Of a DNA stretch of 64,000 nucleotides, positions 60,923-64,000 are shown in pieces. Each line of letters begins with the position of its first letter. The first letter of the stretch is position 1. Under the pieces are notes generated by a model. That model saw only the letters and a list, made by a program, of their open reading frames with translations. It ran no database searches and was not told the DNA's origin. The stretch is from Anthoceros angustus (lineage: Eukaryota > Plantae > Anthocerotophyta): NCBI GenBank assembly GCA_010909165.1, contig MU008212.1, forward strand, positions 186,001 to 250,000, read 5' to 3'. Made by a program: the position numbers and the translations under genes.

Positions 60923-63900
60923 GCCTTCGCCCCTTCAACGCGCCCCCACCACCACGGCAAAACATAACCACCAACACAATTCCCTGATCCCGATACCTCT
61001 CCGCGACAAAACTGACACACTCAGCGCATCCGGTTCCGCGCATGACGGTCTCAGACCTGTCCTGCAAAGAAGCAAGCGGCAAGAAACTCATAAGCCAGGG
61101 CGCCACCACAATCCCCATCCTGTGAAAGCGCTTGAGGCGGGCAAAGGCAGCACATCGGACAACAACTTGAGGATCAAACGCACCTTAGAGGCAACAACAA
61201 AAAAGGCGCGCTCTCACAGACAGCAGAATAATGCACACAGCGCCGCACTGCGAGCTTCCAACTGGGCAGAACCTTGGAGGGAGAAGAAGCTAAGACGTAC
61301 AAAAATGCGATGAGCAGCAGATATGCAATCGATTTTGAAAGGCCGACACTGTCTGGCAGCAGATTTGCCGCCACTTCCAGAGCGCGGGACCGAATGGCGG
61401 CCTGGCGGTGATTCGCCCTCCGCGCGCCGCCTGCTCTGAGATCGTCACGCCCCACGACTTGTAGCGCGTGCAAAGCGCCAGGTCTAGGATTCTTCACCTG
61501 ATAGTGTTCTGAGCTGTTACGTCCGACCGCCTTTAGAGCTGCTGCACGCAAATCACGTCCCTAACGGGGAGCCCACTGGATTACGGTATATAAGCTATAT
61601 TTCAATCAATCTCATGATACAGTATGTACTGTACATACAATCGTCAAACGATTGGATGTACCGATTGGCGGTTTCCCAGGGCAGGCCACGTAGCAATCAG
61701 TCCTTGGCCTGGGATCCACTTCCACGTGTGACGTACTGTAATACTACACAGAGGGAAATCATATACTGTATCCCAGTCGCAGAAGTCGCGCCAACAATTT
61801 AATGTGATGGCCTCCAAATGGCTTAAGCCAAAAGGACACCGCTGTTAAGCATCCTACGCTTAGACTCAGATCGGTACTTAGATTGGGTGTTTTGAGGGAG
61901 AGGATTCCTCGGTGCAAGTAGCTTAGGCACAGGATGGTACAAGGTGTTAAGTTCCAAGTTCCAGGACAATTCCGTCCAAGCAGGACTTTTCTTCTACGTA
62001 CTACCCACACAGTGGGGAAGCAAGTGAATACCGAGAATTGCTTTGGACCTCCGATTCTGGACACGATATTAGATACCAAGGTAGTTGAAATCATCGTATA
62101 GCACCTGTGTAGGAACATAATCCCATTTTCATGGGCGCGCCAAATTCCCAAGCGAGAGGTTAGTGAATCGATCGAAATTCCCTAGCGACTAGTGCGAGTT
62201 GTTAACCATGCCCGAGACCACCCTTCATGATCGTAATCGCACGTCCAGTGGATAGGAAACCGCAACTTGACGTCTGTCCTTCAATGTTCGTCAAGCAGCT
62301 GCGTGGCATTGAAGGCGAGGTTAACACGAGAGCGGCCGACAAAGTACGCACTGACCTGGATTAGGGGGCGTGTTCGAACCTTCTTGGCGTTGTGAAACCG
62401 GGCCTTGACTTTGGCTATGAAGTCCTGAGTGAGACCGGATGGCTGAAAGAGCGGGGAAGAGTGCAGGCGGTTGTTAGCCACAAACTTGAAGGCGAAAGAG
62501 AGGTAGAGCTCTGAGTTGCTTCAGGCCACACCTACCTCCTGGTCCAAGTTGTGACAGTAGAGATTGGATCCCCCCGGATTTCCTGCATTTGTCATTCCAA
62601 GTATCAGGAGAGATGCCACTTGGGGACTGATGAAATATCAGCCTAGACATTGTGGTGGTGATTGTTCTTACGTCGATGGGTGTTGCTGATGTCTCTGATG
62701 CCAGCTACAGTGGCTTGCTCTACATAAGATCTTGGGGATGGCTCCTCTGTAAAGAGAATATGCTTGTTTAGTGAGCTAAAAGAAAGTGTGTTTTTGAGGA
62801 TTCGAAGGAAGTTCAGGCTAGTGAACTGCTTACCGTCACATGCCTTGTTGTAGTTGACGACAACGTTGGGAGGTGCAGTAACAACCTGAAATACGCAAGG
62901 TGTGGTTAAAGTATCTTTCAGCGTCGTTGTGGGGTCAGTACGAACGGACGGCACAGGCATTTGTTTCTCCAACCTGGCATGGTGGATTGTGTTCCAAGTG
63001 GTATAACCGATCTTCTAGCCCAACAAGTCGATCCTGCAAAGTCGGGTGCGAGGTCATCCCAAATGGATAACTATGAGATCTGAGAAATTATTTGTCTTTT
63101 CTTATGATTGCATCTCGGATTCAAGGAGCACCTGTATATTGGCAGTGGTTGTGTTCAGACCTTGCTCTAAAACGCAGAAACGCTCCGCCATCTGGTCCGA
63201 GATGTCTACCTGCTCAAACAGATTGTACACATTCAACTGAAAGCACGTAGGGTGAGTCCATGCCCTAAACAGCATGGATTGCAGTGTACCCCTAACCCGC
63301 ACTTACGAGCTTTTGATACATCTCCTGGTAGCTATTTCTCAGGGCACAGAAAGCCTCCAAAGAGCGCTTGGCACGAGGTTCTCGTTTCCCGTGACCTCTC
63401 TCAATTGTCACCTGATAGTACAGCACCCGGGCTGTCAAGTTTGTCACTTGCTGCTTATAGCTTGTTGAACACCAATGAGAACAGAGAGGGCTGGGGGGCA
63501 GACCTTCGTTGGTGATGCTGCACGCAACCTGCAGCCGCTGTGGTCCTGTAGTCATGAATAGTGGATCATGAACATGGCTGGCACCTAAATGCGGCACCCA
63601 TGAAGAAGGTGCCAATGATGAGGTAATGGAGATCAGTTTTCAAGAGGCACCTCTCCTTGCTGATGAGCCCTGGTCTCATGGATGTCCTGATGCTTCGAAT
63701 AAGGCACGTGCTCTTCTGAGTACTGATCCAATTCCGACATCTCCTCATCCTGCAGCCGTTCTTCGTTAGAGGTCGACCATCCGACACAGAAGGTCGCCCT
63801 AACCTTGGATGTGAGGTACGTACTACCAGACATGGCTGGGCTGGGGGTACTTGGTTCTCCATTTCGCACTTGTTGGATTGGCGAGCACTTTTCAGCTAAT

Positions 63901-64000
63901 GCGATGGAGATGAAGTCAGAGCACATGTTGGGGGTTTCCGCCACAAGAAGTACCAACCATCTCTAGGTTGTTTCCGTAACAAGAAGTACTCACCTTGCAC

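Noticed and set aside
61771-61796. GAAGTCGCGCCAACA resembling the gypsy LTR end
   Set aside because: The match is short and lacks the upstream U5 motif, a PBS and a TSD.
62280-64000. Minus-strand ORF fragments at the window end
   Set aside because: No recognisable domain or consistent exon structure; possibly a truncated gene or TE continuing outside the window.

Overview
Eukaryotic nuclear DNA, most likely from a non-seed land plant (inferred from the plant-type MED10, ~70-180 nt GT-AG introns and ~50% GC). The TE portions have many indels and frameshifts, suggesting long-read consensus errors. Positions 1-54400 are a nested transposon cluster. A Ty1/copia relic (minus strand; 3' end near 10.5 kb, RT at 43.7-45.1 kb) has its RNase H motif amplified into a 33-bp satellite. 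That satellite hosts (i) a 2.2-kb non-autonomous TIR element and (ii) a ~4.2-kb gypsy solo LTR with a GATGG TSD. Inside the solo LTR is a 25-kb Ty3/gypsy element (GGCCG TSD) whose pol encodes a C5-cytosine methyltransferase, RT, RNase H, integrase and a PHD finger. It has A-B-A...B-A-B termini and a Tf1-like self-priming structure instead of a tRNA PBS. Inside that element is a 9.3-kb TIR DNA transposon (AACA...TGTT, 4-bp TSD) with a Sola-like DDD transposase and a divergent cargo gene with a ParB/Srx-like domain and a beta-class N4C/N6A DNA methyltransferase. This is the best candidate for an undescribed system. An Athila-like gag-pol and an RLE-type LINE fragment follow. The host genes are MED10 (+, 55520-56574) and a 16-exon MORC ATPase with a CW finger and an N-terminal SPOC-like domain (-, 56818-60922).
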